Assembly (NCBI GenBank): GCA_013265495.1
Contig: MU058687.1
Coordinates: forward strand, 4,400,093-4,464,092
From: Vicugna vicugna
Lineage: Eukaryota
Length of the DNA stretch: 64,000 nucleotides
Reading direction: 5' to 3'
The notes under the pieces are model-generated. The model was not told where the DNA came from, did no database searches, and saw only the letters and a list, made by a program, of their open reading frames with translations. Positions 39,990 through 53,580 of the stretch are shown here, piece by piece; position 1 is the first letter of the stretch, and each line of letters begins with the position of its first letter. The position numbers and the translations under genes were made by a program.

Positions 39990-41764
39990 GACTTGAGAAA
40001 CCTCAGCCAGTGCCCGTGCTCTTGTCATAGTCATCCTGGTACACACAGAAAAAGTCCTGGACACACCATGGTGCCTCTCCGAGGAATGGCCTCAAGAACA
40101 ATGGTAAAGGAGATGATACTTCTCATTACTACTTCTCATCTCCTTTTGTAGTATCATCTTCCATTCCCTCGTCCTGTCTTTAGTGGATCAAGCCAGTAAG
40201 GGCACTGCTGCAAGACAGGCAGGCTGTCCTTACGTCCCACCCTCCTACTCGAATCAAAACCTCTCAGTAGGTACTTCTGCTTCTTTGTGGGATTATATGT
40301 GGTTTCTAGTTACTTATTTTCATTTCATTGTAGGAGCTTCACTCTCAAGTCAGCTTTTTGGTCATTCTGACTCAAGTCACAAGACAGCCATCCTTTTGTT
40401 TCATTCTTGTCTATTCTTATAACTTCTGCTGGATAGTAGGTCAAGTGAGGAGCAGGGGGGAATATAAAGAATGGGGCAGTTAGCCTAGTGGACTTGAGAA
40501 GAGCAGAGCGTGAGATTCAGTGCCAGGTGCTTTCCTATTCTGAATCCCATCTCTTGAGTTGGACGGCACTTCTGTGTACTTCCCAGTTTCTGTACAAGTA
40601 CCAGTAACTGATTTCACATGCCTCTGGCCTTAGCTTTCAGGTTTTGGGAAACATAGAGGTCAAATATGGGTTATTTCTTCAATGTACCCACAAATTTCAC
40701 CCTGGGGACTAGCTCCCTTGCTGTTGAGACAGCTAAATGCACTAAGCAACAAATTTGAAATATGCCTCAGACTCTCTGGAATCAGGGGGTTTAAATCCTT
40801 GCCAGGGCTTTAGTACCTCTTGGTGTACTTTTGAGGTAGATCAAAATCCCACACAAGGTCTGCTGGAGGAGAGAATCTTTAGTGGGATCTCAACAGTGAA
40901 AACAGTCTTGAAATGAAAGCAAGAGATTCAACAGCATGAGCTGTCTAGAGGGACTTTGATTTCATTGCATTTAAGCTTCTTTCTCTAATTGGCCATTTCT
41001 ACCTGAACACTTCTTGAGGATAAGTGCCATGCCTTCTATGTCTCCAGCTCAGCACAGACCCTTCCTCCTGGTACATGCTCATTAAAGATATGTGGAAATT
41101 AGCCATATGTCAGGATGCCAGTTTCCCATCCCCATCTCTGTGCCAGTGGTTTGAGTGGTACAGTGACTTCTTACTTTGTATATATAGCCCCAAACTTTAG
41201 GTTCTTTACAGTGTCAAATGCCAGGGAAATTCTACTACCAAAAAGGGTCCAGCGGCTGTGATGGAAAGAATTTGGTTTGGGGACTTTGAGAAACCCAATT
41301 TGGAGTTCTCGCTCAATAGCATGTTCATTTTGTAAGGATAAATTGCTTAATGTCCCTGCACTTAGGTGTCCTGTAACACCAGGGTTATGTAACTCTCTCT
41401 CTCAGGTTTGTAATAGGATGAAATTTCCTCCTCCTCGAGTTGCCCCCCCCCCATATTTCTATGAGTGTGTTGTGTTACAGCTTCTGCTATAACTCTTCTA
41501 CTAAATTATGGGCAGAGACCATGGCTGTCCCCTCTCACAGAGGACCAGGGAGAAAGTCTGTGCTCACTGTGCATCAGTGATAACCTGAGATACTGTGTGA
41601 CATGCTGTGGCCTTGTTGGTCTCTCTGTAGCATTGTCCACCATAGGGTTATAATAATTTGTGAGGGACAATCAAACATCTACTACTCAGTGGCCTGAGTA
41701 GAGCTGACAGCTGACTCTCCTTTTCTCAGGAAATTAGAAATGATCTGCAACAAGAGGAGCTCCC

Positions 41765-42260
41765 TAATTTATTCATTCAGTAAGAGCTGATTTCATATCT
41801 CCTATGTGCTAAGCACTGGGAACATGACCATGTGTAAAGAGAGACACCGTCTTTGTTCACGTGGGGTGTATATTCTAGGTGCAGAGACACATGTGAATCA
41901 AATACCCTTACAAACAACAATACATCTGCAACAGTGATGAGGGCCCCAAAGTGATTGACTTTGGCACTGCTCGATTCAGAGATGCAGTGGGGTGAAGGTC
42001 AGGGGAGCACATCTGAGGAAGGGACCGTGGACAGCGACCTGAAGGCTAAGTGGAGTTAAATCAGGAAAGCGAGGAAAGAGCCTCACAGTCACAGAGTGCA
42101 GCGTGTGCAGAGCACCTGCAGTGTGAGGGACTGTGATGAGGGTGTGAGGTGAAGCCAGCGTGGCTGGAGCCCAGGGAGCAAGGTTCAGGGTTAAGACTGG
42201 CAGAGGGGAACCATGCTCAGGAGTTTGGGTTTTATTCAGGCTGCAGTGGAAAGCTGAGCC
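41765..42260 (-). mobile_element. L2 3' fragment
   Basis: 'attcattcagtaagagctga...tatgtgctaagcactggg...cagcgtgtgcagagcacctgcagtg'. Confidence 0.75.
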
Positions 42261-44343
42261 ATGATGATCTCATCTGAAGAATGAGCTGCACCGTAGACGT
42301 GGGCCCATGTCTCTGGAAGATGTGCACCCTCCGTGACGAGCTCTGTGTCATCAAGAATTGCCTCCTTTTTTCTTTGCTAACCAAACTGGGTTATACACGA
42401 GTTGTCTGTGTCCTTGTCCCAACTCACCCTGTCACCTTAAGAGAAGGATGAGGTGATTCCTCCCTGTCCTGGTCCCATCCCCCATGTCCTTGGACCAGCA
42501 CAGCAGGCCGGGTGCCAGCGTGGGTATTAGGGCATTAGAGTAAAAGCTGTTGTTCCTGTTTACTCGAGCTAATCCTTCACACCTCACCCAGAGGTGCCGG
42601 CTCTGCTCGCTGAGCGTTCTCCCTCTGTCCTGAGGTGAAACACACAAGCAAATAAATAAGTGGGGAGCTGTTTGGAAATCCTCTTTGTCACTACCGAAGC
42701 CTGTTCATTTATTTAGCGAAATGCCCATAATTTTTAAATTGCTTGATTTAGCCACTGGCCCCTTGGCATCTTCCAGGGGTCCCATCAGGAGCCGTGCTTC
42801 CCGATTACCTGGAAAAACAAAGCAGGTTTTTGATCGCTGGAATGAATTACATGCAAAGATTTCTCATTGCTTGGAGCAGCAAGCAGCTGGTTCCCGCAAG
42901 GGCCGGGCTGAAATCCCCTGCCAATTCCCCTTCCAGGCTTGTGCCTCCCTCCACACCTACATCCTTTCTTTCTTTCATTGTGCTCAATGGGTTCAATTCA
43001 GTGAAGGCGATTGTAATTAAAACGTTTACAAAGCTCCAGTTTTCCCTGTGACTGCCCTTAAGATGGTGAACATTCACAATTCACTCTTTCTCCAAATACA
43101 GCACAATGACAGAGTTTCCAGGAATGTCTTTCTTAGTGACTCAGGCCCCCCAGAAGGATATTAATGCATTTGAAAACAACTCCACAGGGAGTGATAAGAC
43201 CAGGAGCAAGGGAGAGAGGAGGAGGTTTGCTCTTCGGAGGCGGGGGAGAAATTGCAATAAGGAGTAACTTTTTCCTGAGCACCACACCTTCTCTGGTGGC
43301 CCTGCAGATCAGTTAACAATGGTTTATAGCTTTTCTATCTTCCTTCCTTTCCATCAATTATTCATAATTCTGGTACCGAGAGAGGGGTCTTGTTTTCCTT
43401 TTAGGTGTAATTAGAGTAATCAAAGGTTTTGTAATACTCCTGTTTTATTTCTCTGTCTCTATTCAATTTTTTTTCCTGTGCAAGAGAAAAATATAAAACA
43501 CAAAACAAAAACCCCCTAGTCTCTGGGTTTTGTGAATTCTTGCAGGGAAAATGGGTTTTACCATAATAGCAATTGGCAGCAATAATTCTGAAGTGAACAA
43601 CCTGAAATTACTCCCTTAAAGACAATAATTTGTATAGTACGCATTTTGGGGAAGAGGGAAGGACTAGGTGACAATTTAGGTGAATTTTAACACAGTTTGT
43701 CTTTATATTTTGTGATAAATGAGGAAGCAAACGGTTGGTATATTCAGCTAAGGATGTGCATTTGCATTTGGTTTTGTTTCTGTTGAATAGATTCTAGTTT
43801 GAATGACAAATTAAACTCCCAGCTTCCAAACACTGAATTCTTTTGTTGAGATTTTACACATTCTTGAAAGGATAGGGGACCAAGTGCAGTTATCCTTTAA
43901 AGGTAAGGAGGTTAGGCGAACAATGAGCTGACAATTATTCTACCTTTCATATTAATAAAACCTATTTCTTGCAGTTCAGAACCCTTAGGAAATCTTGTTT
44001 GAAAGATATTTTGCCACATCATCACAGGCATTTCCATGGTGACAAAGAAAAGTATCACAAACAGGGTTGTGCCACCTTTGAATACAAGTTTATCAGAAGA
44101 GAAAAAAATCAAGAACAAGAGACTGTTTTAGGGTTTCACAATCTATTTGCTCAAGATAGAGTGGCTCCTAAAATATTACCATTGAAGAGCCAAGTAAAAC
44201 AGTTTAACATCTTGCAATAGTAGATCCTTTTTGTATATTGACTTTAAAATGAGGAAATGGGTACAAGAATAATATTACTAACCTTTTTTTCACTTAAATC
44301 CACTCCTCAAACTATGTATGTTCCTATTATTTATCTCGGCTGA

Positions 44344-44841
44344 TGTGAACGAAAAGTACTGCAAACCATATCAGTAAACAAAGAATGCTGAAACCATCAA
44401 GTCATCAGCGGCTGCTGCCAACCCCCAGTGAAGACCAGCCTGCAGCCTGGCCTCTGCAGCCACCCACAGTGGTGCACCCCGAGGGGACTCAGAATAAGAA
44501 AGGACAGGATACTGGCCCTAGACAGCTAGGTGCTTGTCAAAGAAATGAATTCAATGAGCCTGAATGTTTGCTTCCTCCCATACAAAGAAAAGCACTAGAT
44601 TATTTAAATTGAGATGCCTGGTTTTCTTTAGTTAACAAGTAATCTTTTAATGTTCCAACACCTGGTCTTTGTTGTAAAGCTCCTATATATCCTAGCTCCC
44701 CCCTTACCTCTTTGGAGCAGTCCCTCAGAGCAATCTGAGAGGCTGTCATCCCGGGCTCAAAGGGGTTCCAGTCCTCAAAAATGTCTGCCAAATAACAGCG
44801 TAACTCTCAACTTTTAGGCTGTGCATTTATTTCAGTTGACA
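44344..44841 (+). mobile_element. Full-length ERV1-type solo LTR (498 bp)
   Basis: TGTGAAC...GTTGACA inverted termini; 4-bp TSD CTGA (44340-44343 and 44842-44845); TATATA at ~44684; decayed poly(A) signal AATAAC at ~44791. Confidence 0.92.
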
Positions 44842-45419
44842 CTGATACATGTTTCCATGTTTTTGTGAATTCACATATTTATAAAAACTTAATGTGTGTA
44901 AAGAAGTATATATACATCACTGTGTAAGTATTCTGATTATTTACATAAAACTAAAATAAGACAAGATGAACTAATGAATTAAAAGATTAATTGCTTGTGT
45001 TTATGTAAGTTTATGAGACATCTTATGTCACTTAGTTTCTTATGATCATTGGTGGTTTTCATCTTGAAGAGAATCACAGAGTCAAATGTGGAGATAGTGG
45101 CGCACCTGTGGGTTGAACCCAGGGTTCCATTTTTCCACGTGACAGCTTCTTTCATAGCACACCATAATGCCAGCCAGGAAGTAAAAAGTGAAGTGTTCAA
45201 AAAAACTAGGTTTAAGAAGGCACAGAGTTTCTTTTCAGTGTTGTTAATGGACTCTAAGAGATACAGGAATTAAGGGAGTCACCGCAGTCTTCCTAGGGAT
45301 GGAAAAGTTTCCATTTATCCTTCCAAGAAGAGGAGCTCAGGAAGGAGCTCCGTGGGGACTTGGGGGAAAGTGTGTCTTTGGCTGATCAAATCCCTGGTCT
45401 CCAGCTGGTTTTCTAATGC

Positions 45420-45698
45420 TGACAGATAAATCGAGGCATATTAAAATTTTTAAGAGTTTGTGCAAAAATCAACTTGCTTTGGTCTGCATCCAATCTAGTG
45501 AATGGAAAGGAGCTTCGAGGATCTGTACAAAATAAAAGGCTAATAAGCAGAAAGGAGCAGGAACAAGGCAGATTTCCTAGGCAAAAAAGCAGGTGGGCTA
45601 TTGCAAAGTTTCTTTCCTGTAACTATCAGGCAGATTATCTAACTAGTGCTGATCAGGCAATTCCTGATAGCCTGTTTCAAGATGCCGTTTCTGGGAGG
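45420..45698 (-). mobile_element. Partial ERV LTR
   Basis: 'taaatcgaggcatattaaaatttttaagagttt' and 'ctaactagtgctgatcaggcaattcctgat' resemble recalled laurasiatherian ERV1 LTRs; truncated at the adjacent MLT1. Confidence 0.6.
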
Positions 45699-45703
45699 TG
45701 AAG

Positions 45704-46651
45704 TGTATTAGTTTGTGAAGGCTGCTGTGACTAAGTACCACAAAGTGGCTTAAACAGCAGAAATGTATCATCCTGGAGGCTAGAAGTCAGAGAGCAAGAT
45801 AGTGGCAGGGCTGGTTCCCCCTAAGGGCTGTAAAGAAGAATCTGGTCCACGCTGTCTCCTCTTCTGGTTGTTTTTTGGTAATCTTTGGCGTTCTTTGGCT
45901 GATAGAGACATTACCTGACTATTACTTTGCCCTGACCTCCACCTCGATATTCACGTGGCATTCTCCATGTGTGCATACTGTGTCTCAATTTCCAGTTTTT
46001 ATAAGGACACCTGTCATATTGGATTAGGGTCCAACCTAATGACCTCATTTTAACTCTAATACCTGTAAAAAGACTCTAACTACAAATGAGGTGGGAAGCC
46101 CCATCAAAGACAGCAGGACCCCGAGACAGGGCACTACCCTCCTGCCAGCACTATTCGGTTCCCTTGCCCAGTGGCATTATTTCGCTTTTTAAACTCTGAA
46201 ACAGCTTACTTCTAGGAAAGTGGAACTTATCCCTAAGAGTCTATTGGTTCCCTGAGCTCACTCCTGATTGGTCCATTTCTCTCACTCCTGATTGGTCCAT
46301 TTCTGCAAAGCTTGTTCCTAATTAGTCACCTTTGTTATACCTTATTTACATATAATGTTGCAAAATCTAAACTGGTAGCCTGTAAAAGCCTGTGTAAACC
46401 TATAGATGGGGTCCAGAGCTTGGAGTGTTAACTCCTCTGGGCCTGCTGGCATAATAAACCTGATTCTCCCACCCTCCAAGTGCTGCTTGGTCTCTTGCCC
46501 AGATCCAGGTTGCTGTCACAACTGAGCTATAACGCTGACCCTATTTGTGCTGCACTTTGCTGCAACACAAATAGGGTCACATTTGGAGGTACTGGGGCTT
46601 AAGACTTCAGCATATGAATTTGGTGTGGGGGACACAGTTCAACTCATAACA
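45704..46651 (-). mobile_element. MaLR LTR (MLT1B/C-like), interrupted by an ERV LTR
   Basis: Starts 'tgtattagttt', ends 'gacacagttcaactcataaca'; 5-bp TSD TGAAG (45699-45703 and 46652-46656), the length typical of MaLR. Confidence 0.92.
46087..46567 (+). mobile_element. ERV1-type solo LTR (481 bp) nested in MLT1
   Basis: TG...CA termini; 4-bp TSD CAAA (46083-46086 and 46568-46571); three ATTGG boxes; TATA-like TGTAAAA at 46381; AATAAA at 46453-46458. Confidence 0.92.
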
Positions 46652-48069
46652 TGAAGTGACAAAAAATATTTCTACAGATGGTAATTTTAGCTCTGTTCAA
46701 AGTGGGGCTGAAGCACAGAGAAATGATGGTGGGAGAACAGACTGTGAACATATTGAAGGATCGGAAGCCCCTCAAATACAATCCAGTTCCTCGAGAAATC
46801 CTTACCCTCTCTAGACATCTTACTTCTCCTTAAAAAAAAGCCCAAAGGAGAACAAAGACTTGGAAAGATATCTATAGATTCCTGGAAGTGAAGTGTGGGA
46901 GTTTCTCATCAGTCCTTGGTTCTTTCATTTTACTCTCAAAGGCAGGTTTTTCATTGTGAAGGGCACACTTATTTTAGAATGCACATTTCATTTAATAACA
47001 TAGGGCATGATTTGATCATAAAAATACTTTAACTGTAAACCTGTTAGACAAAAGGATTTATAACTTCCACACTTAGGTAGTGTCTTTCTGGGGGTAAAAA
47101 AAAAGAGGAGGAAAAGAAAGGGCTGAGGCCCTCAATGTTGATAACATTTGGTCCTGGTCATATGCTGAGTCAAAGACACCACTGATTTCTAAGTTGCCTA
47201 CCTAAGTCTCCAGACCTTGTCTGCTACCTTATATTTATGCCTTAATAACACATACATAATGCAGCCTGGCTGTTCTGGGGACAGTGGGAAACACAAATTT
47301 TCCTGACTTCTTCACATTTAAAGTCTCTAATTCTTGGTTGAATTAACATAGTACTTAGCATTTAATTTCCTGGGGGTACCAGATGTTTTATTTTGTGTGT
47401 TTGTTTTATTTGTGTTATAGTTGTTGGGTCGTTTAAAATGAGACTCAACACAGAGGAAAGAACAGTGCATGCCAATAAATATGTAGTTTATATTCAGAAT
47501 ACATATGCACAGTGAGTGTAAATCCAAATAAACATACTCCAATGAAGAATTATTCAATGTTGCCTGTTTTCAGCTGGATTCGCACTTACGCTATTCAAGG
47601 TGAAGGGGGATTTCAGGGAAAGGGCAGCGAAGAAGACAGAGGAGGAATAGCCTTATGGGGTGTAGGTTCTCAAAGCCTTTAAATGGATAGATTAGCAAGT
47701 TAATAATAGCAGGGGGGGTGGTTACTGTGTTATATTCTAGGGACTCTAATGTGGCATAATTGTCTGTGATGTGGCTCCCACCGGTAAGGGAAGGATGAAT
47801 GGAAGCATACACTGAATTTCCCTCCAGGGCACAGAACTCCTTTTGCTGGGACTGAAGGCTAAAAATGAAAGTCTGTGAGAAGAAATGGCATCAGGAAAAC
47901 AGTGGAGGAAAATGTAGGGCAAGGATCGGAAATCCATGAGCAGTGTGTGTGCCTGACCAAGTCTTTTCTATCACTGACTTAATTATATCTTCATCTCTCT
48001 TCTCTGTCCCTATCTTCTCCCTTGGCCCAAATTAGCTTAGCACTGTAAGCCCATACTTAGTTGTGTGGT

Positions 48070-48300
48070 GAAGACAGTCATTCATCAATTCAGTAACTAT
48101 TTGCTGAGCTGAACAAAATGGGCAAAATTCCCCATCTTTGTGGAATTTTCTTTTTGGGAGGAGGTTAGTAGGGGATAACAAAATAGATAAGTAAATTATA
48201 TAACTTGTTAGTTCGGGCTAAATTCTACAAAGAGAAATAAAGCAGGGAAAAGGGATAGAGACGGGAAAGTTACAATTTTATAAAGAATTGTCAGAGAAGA
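48070..48300 (-). mobile_element. L2 3' fragment
   Basis: 'cattcatcaattcagtaactatttgctgagc...gaacaaaatgggcaaaattcccc...gagaaataaagcagggaaaagggatagag'. Confidence 0.65.
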
Positions 48301-51300
48301 TACTGCTTTTCTGATGAACTATAAAGCTGTGATCCTATTACTTTTTAGTGTTTGTTCTTTGGCCACTGAAACTTCCAGGAACTTTCCCTGTAAGTGATAT
48401 TTAGGTATCAGTATCTGGGCCCTGGTGATTAAATTGTGACACATTATGCTCATTTAAAAAAATTATTATCATATACAACCAGGGAGGGCATTTTTTCTTC
48501 CAGCCTGGAGAACGTGATGGATCTATAGCAGTCTTATAATTTAAGGCAGTGAGCCCAGGACATGTAACCTCAGGACCTCTCCTATGCCTGTGTTTGAAAC
48601 TGTCATAGGTGAAAAGCAAAATGGCAAGAGAAAGCAATATGAAAACATACAAGGAAGCTGTTCAGGACAAGGCGGGTATGATAGTCAACTTCCTTTTTCT
48701 GTATGTTTCCTTCCACCTCTGCCTATTTTCCTTTGTGCTAGATGTAGTGTTTTGTACGTGTTTCATTTTATTCATTTGGCAAATCACTGTCACAACAAAT
48801 TAGAAAGAATTGGCCATTGCATTGTACAGAAACCTCCTGCGTTTGTTCTGGATAACATCAGGTAAATTGGTAATTTGACTGTTAGTTTCCATAATACTTG
48901 TGATAGTAAAACAGACACAATTCTATGTGATTCTAAACATTGATCTTCAGATTGTATTCCTAAAGGAAGGGGTGGTGTTCCCCTCCACTCCTCAAAAAGG
49001 AGATGGAACATTCAGGAGCACTCTCAGCACTGCGCCATCAAGTCACCACTCTTGTCTCCAGCCCCTCTTTGTCAGCTGCATGTGTAAAAAGAAACAAATT
49101 ATGGCTCTGTGGTGTTCGCTAGCCTTGAGTAATCAAAGATCCTTCAGTATCTTTGCAAAAACTTTGGATAGTACTCCAGCCGCGGTCAGAGCTTCCTTAA
49201 TAACCTATTTCCACATTTTTCTCCTCTTGGGTGTTTCTTTGTTATTTTCCCTTTTAGAGACATTTGCATGTAATCAGACAGTTGGAATTTTAAAATTTGC
49301 TTTTTTCTTGCTGTTATTCCATACCTGAATTCCCTTTCTCCTCCTTTTTTTTTTTTTTTTGTCTTTCTGTTTTCTGACAGGGAAATAAGTTAGCCAAACC
49401 TCAAATGAAAAATAGCAACAATAGCAAAATTGATCCAATTTTTAAAAAATTGTCCTAAAAGAAGCAATTATTATAGCTATTACTACAAATACGTTTATTG
49501 TGGAAGAATTCAGGTCCTGTCCAGAAAAAAATAAATCACAACAATTTTCAGTATCTTCCTTGGATATTTTGGAGAGTCTCTGGGACAGAGCAAGAACATA
49601 GGGTGGGACTCAATTTAATGGCATAACAACATTGTATTAGGGCTATACACAGGAATTCCTCTTGCCCTAGAACAATTAGTGTTAAGTTCTCTCTACCTGT
49701 TAACATTCTAAGCTGATCCACTGGCTCAATGGCTTCTTTATTCTTCACTGAAAGGACTTGAGAACCTTTGAAAAATACAGTCCTTGAAAACCCCGTCAAC
49801 TAACTATCACTTTCTTTGGTGGCTTCTCAGATGCGCTATTCAATACTGAATTTCAACACTGTTCCAGTTCAACACTTTTCCAGTTCAGTGGGAGAAATAA
49901 CATTTTAAAAATGACAAAGAAATGAAAGGCACTTCTTTTTTCATGTACAGTCGTTAGCAGTTGGCCCAACCAATGAATTAGCAGTGAAATCAAATTTGGA
50001 AGGGTGGATGGATGAGTGGATGGGTGAGTTTGTGAAGGGATAGATAGATACATAGACGGATTCTGCACTGACTACCTTATGATTTCCTTTCTGATTTCCG
50101 AAGATCTTGACGGGGCCCTTGATTATCATTTATTCAAGATGCACTCTAATTGCTGTAGGGGAAATGGGTTAGTGGCGTTCTTGAGTGGCTGATGTTCCCT
50201 GATTTTTTTTTTTTTTTAACAACCACTTAGGCCCAATGCAGGATAGTAGGGGGAAAATGTTTCTCTGGCTTTTATGAATGTTTATGAAGCTGGTAAACGT
50301 CCAAACCATAGCTACCTAGGTGTACTTCTATCAACCGGTCTGGATAGATAACCAGTCCCAAAGACTGTCTTGAGAAAGTAACTAGGCAGCTTGCGTCTGC
50401 ACTCGTGTTTACATGGTATCAGTGGTGTCCTGATCTTCTCCAAAACTTTCTGGATTTTTGCTGCTGGATAGATGGTACTGACTGCAGGTGTTGTTTCTGT
50501 TTCTTTCTTTTTTTTTTTTTTTAAATCACTGGGCAGGTCATACATCTCCAAGCCCAACTAAAAATTGAGTGGTTTACACTAGATTTAAAAAAAGTAATAC
50601 TGTATTGTGGTATCATGGAGAGAATGGAATTCTTGTGGTTTGAAACTATAGAAACAAGTCTCTCTACTAACATAAAATCACTTGTAACTTTGAATGTGTC
50701 AACCAGTCTGACCTAGCTGATAATTAGGCTTAATTCACAGGGTGGTTGTGAGAACCAAGTGAGATAAAACATATGCAAATGCTTTGTTACTCTCAAGGAT
50801 TACCAAGCACTTGTATTGTTGTTGCTGGGTTGAAGTGTTCTTTCTGGTGATACTATTCAGTGACCGTATGACTAAAACAATCGCTCCTTATACGCTGTCT
50901 CCCTGCCTCCCCTCCCTCCCCTGTTTTTCCAGTGTGGTCAGTATGTGTTGACAGCTCACTATGAGCCTATCTATATGTGGTTTTCTAAGCTGAAAGTCAT
51001 GCTGTCTACAATCAACAGATTTCCACCCTCCTCTTCTGGAGATACTCTGGACTATAGAAATAACTTCAGGGATTCCAAGTATTAATTCTACAGATAGATT
51101 TCAGGATGCAAAGAGGATACTGACATGCCTTTAACTGTTCCCCATAGGAACCTGCTCCAGATGTGTATCTTAGAGAGAAACTGGCATTTTTTTTCTTACA
51201 GATATTGCATTGGATTGTGTAAGAAAATTGCAGGTTAAATCAGCATTTCCTCCTGTTGGGTGTGAATTAGATCAATGCTGAAATGGGAGTCCTAGTTAAT

Positions 51301-51564
51301 CTATATGATGGGGTTACTAGACCTCTGTATCTGGTGGCTTAGATCATTAAAGAAACTGGAAAACTCTTTGCAATACAGATAGAATTAACTGAAGCCTTTT
51401 ACTCTTAGTCCCTTCCCCTTGTAACTATTACCAACCTTTCTTTAAAAGCTAAGCCAGGATATACTGAAGGACTGTTTCCGTTCCATTCCTTCCTATCTGT
51501 ACAATTGCCGTTGACACTCTTTACCTCTTTGGCCTGTCAAATACCAGTCATTGTCAGGTAAGAA

Positions 51565-51780
51565 AGTGGTAAGAGAGCATTTCTACAGCTACTCTGCCGA
51601 TGTTCAAATTCCAGCTCTGCGCCTTCCTTATTGTGTGGCTTTGGGCAAGTTATTTAACCTCTCAGTGCCTCAGCAACCACTTCATAGGAGGCTTGTTAGG
51701 AAGATGAAATGAGCTAACCTCTGCAAAGTGATTAGAAAAGTACCTGGCGTACAGTAAGCACTATATAAGTTTTGTTATAT
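51565..51780 (+). mobile_element. MIR SINE
   Basis: 'gttcaaattccagctctg...tgtgtggctttgggcaagttatttaacctctcagtgcctcag...cctggcgtacagtaagcact'. Confidence 0.88.
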
Positions 51781-53580
51781 AATGTAAGACTTAGTGGCTT
51801 ACTTGCATTGCTCACATTATCTGGCATGTTAGCTTCCATACAGTTGGTATGCAATAAATACTTGATGACTAAATAAATCAGTAAATTAGAGTGGGACGGA
51901 AGACACATTGGTGTATTCCATTTTTCTACTAAGTAGCTACGTGATCTTGCACATCCATTTTAAACTTCTCTGGAACTGTCTTCTCATTTGCAAAACAGAA
52001 ATAGTATTTATCCAACATATTTCAAAGGGTAATCAAAATTATTCAAGTGATAATATGCTTTCAATGAGTTTAAAATATACATGTGTGGTGTTATGATGTT
52101 TATATTTATCAAATGACTGAGTCAGTCTCAGGCGGAGCTATGCTGAATTAGTCCTAAAGTTGGCAGTCATCATGAACACCATGACCTAAAAACCGACAGC
52201 CTGTATCAGTTCTTGGGAATATAGAAAAAATGTTTCAAGGTCCCCCATCTCAGTCAAGAAAGAGGCTGCTCATTTGCCTATCAGTCCTCTTGTCTATATT
52301 TGGCTATTTCTTGTTATGAAAGAGAACCTTAGCAAACCTCGAGAGTTTTAATCTTCCTTTATCACATCCCTCCACACTGTTAGGCCATATTCCAAGGACA
52401 GTGGTTTGGAGCTGTTTGTTTTTATGCTGATGGATGTTGCAGTCTGTAATCCATGAACCGAAGCAGGGCTCCTCTTCTGTTGCTGTCGGCGTATCTTGTT
52501 GTGTTTATGAGTCTGACAGGCAAACGTATCTGAGGCATATCTCATATGCTGATCTGTGAGGGAGATAAGCCCCTTGTTTTGCTTGAGTGGAAACAAAACA
52601 AGCAGTTGGCAGACTGCATTGATTTCTACTTGGGCTGAAACGGCCAGGATAAGATTGAGTCCTCTTTGGGCACGCCCCAGCCTTTGCCGTTTGAGCACTT
52701 GACTCAAATTTGCAAAACCGTCGAAGGGAGGGGCAGGTTTCTTCCTGCCTCGACATACCTACTTTCATTTCTTGCTTTCACAAGCTGCTGGCACTATTTT
52801 GTGATGGATTTTATGATAGAGAAACTTGAAAGTCAAATAGTGTCAGAGCTTAAAATCTCTTACTTAATTTGCTCTGTGGTCCTTATTCATTTTATTTGTT
52901 TTTTACCCTTTGATTTAGGTTCCCCCACCTACAAATTGCTCCACTTCAATGGACTGCCAGGTTTTTACAGAATTAAATTATTTTCTGGTTGAAGAGAGAC
53001 TATATATAAATGTCCACATGGACTGGTAGATGGGGATTGGGGAACTCCAAAGCAGTCAAACCCTGGCTAGAGCTTGTGTTTTGATGCACATGTTTTTGCA
53101 TTTTTTTGCACATTTATAATCATGGTTTAGATGTCATAATTTCCCAGTGATTCCATAAGCGTCTTGAGGGCAGTAGGCCATTGATAATGGGTAAATATTA
53201 GTTAGAAGGATATAATTTTTTTTAAAGAAGAAGGATATTCAAAAATGCTTCCTACCAGTCTATTGGTTCAGAAGAATGTGGATGGGATTCCTTCTCTTCA
53301 ACCTAAAATTTTGACTTTGCAGACTATTTTTAGTTTTTCTGATTCCTTGATGATTATTAATTGGTTCCAGTGGTGTATGTTTCAGACCTTTAATTAAATC
53401 CTCCTTTCTGTCTAACTCTCAGCCAAAACATATTTTTCATTTTTCTTCCTGCGATGCTCAGATTTAAGTTGATGCCAAATGCGTGCTGTTTGGTTACATT
53501 CCACCCAAATTTGCTTGCATAGAGGACCAGGGCAGTAGTATCTATTTCAGGTAGGTTTTTAAATTTTAAAAAATTTTAAA

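Noticed and set aside
52348..52768. 119-aa minus-strand ORF and small hairpins (CTTGTTTTG...CAAAACAAG)
   Set aside because: No recognisable protein or convincing splice sites; the 9-bp stem is too short for a pre-miRNA.
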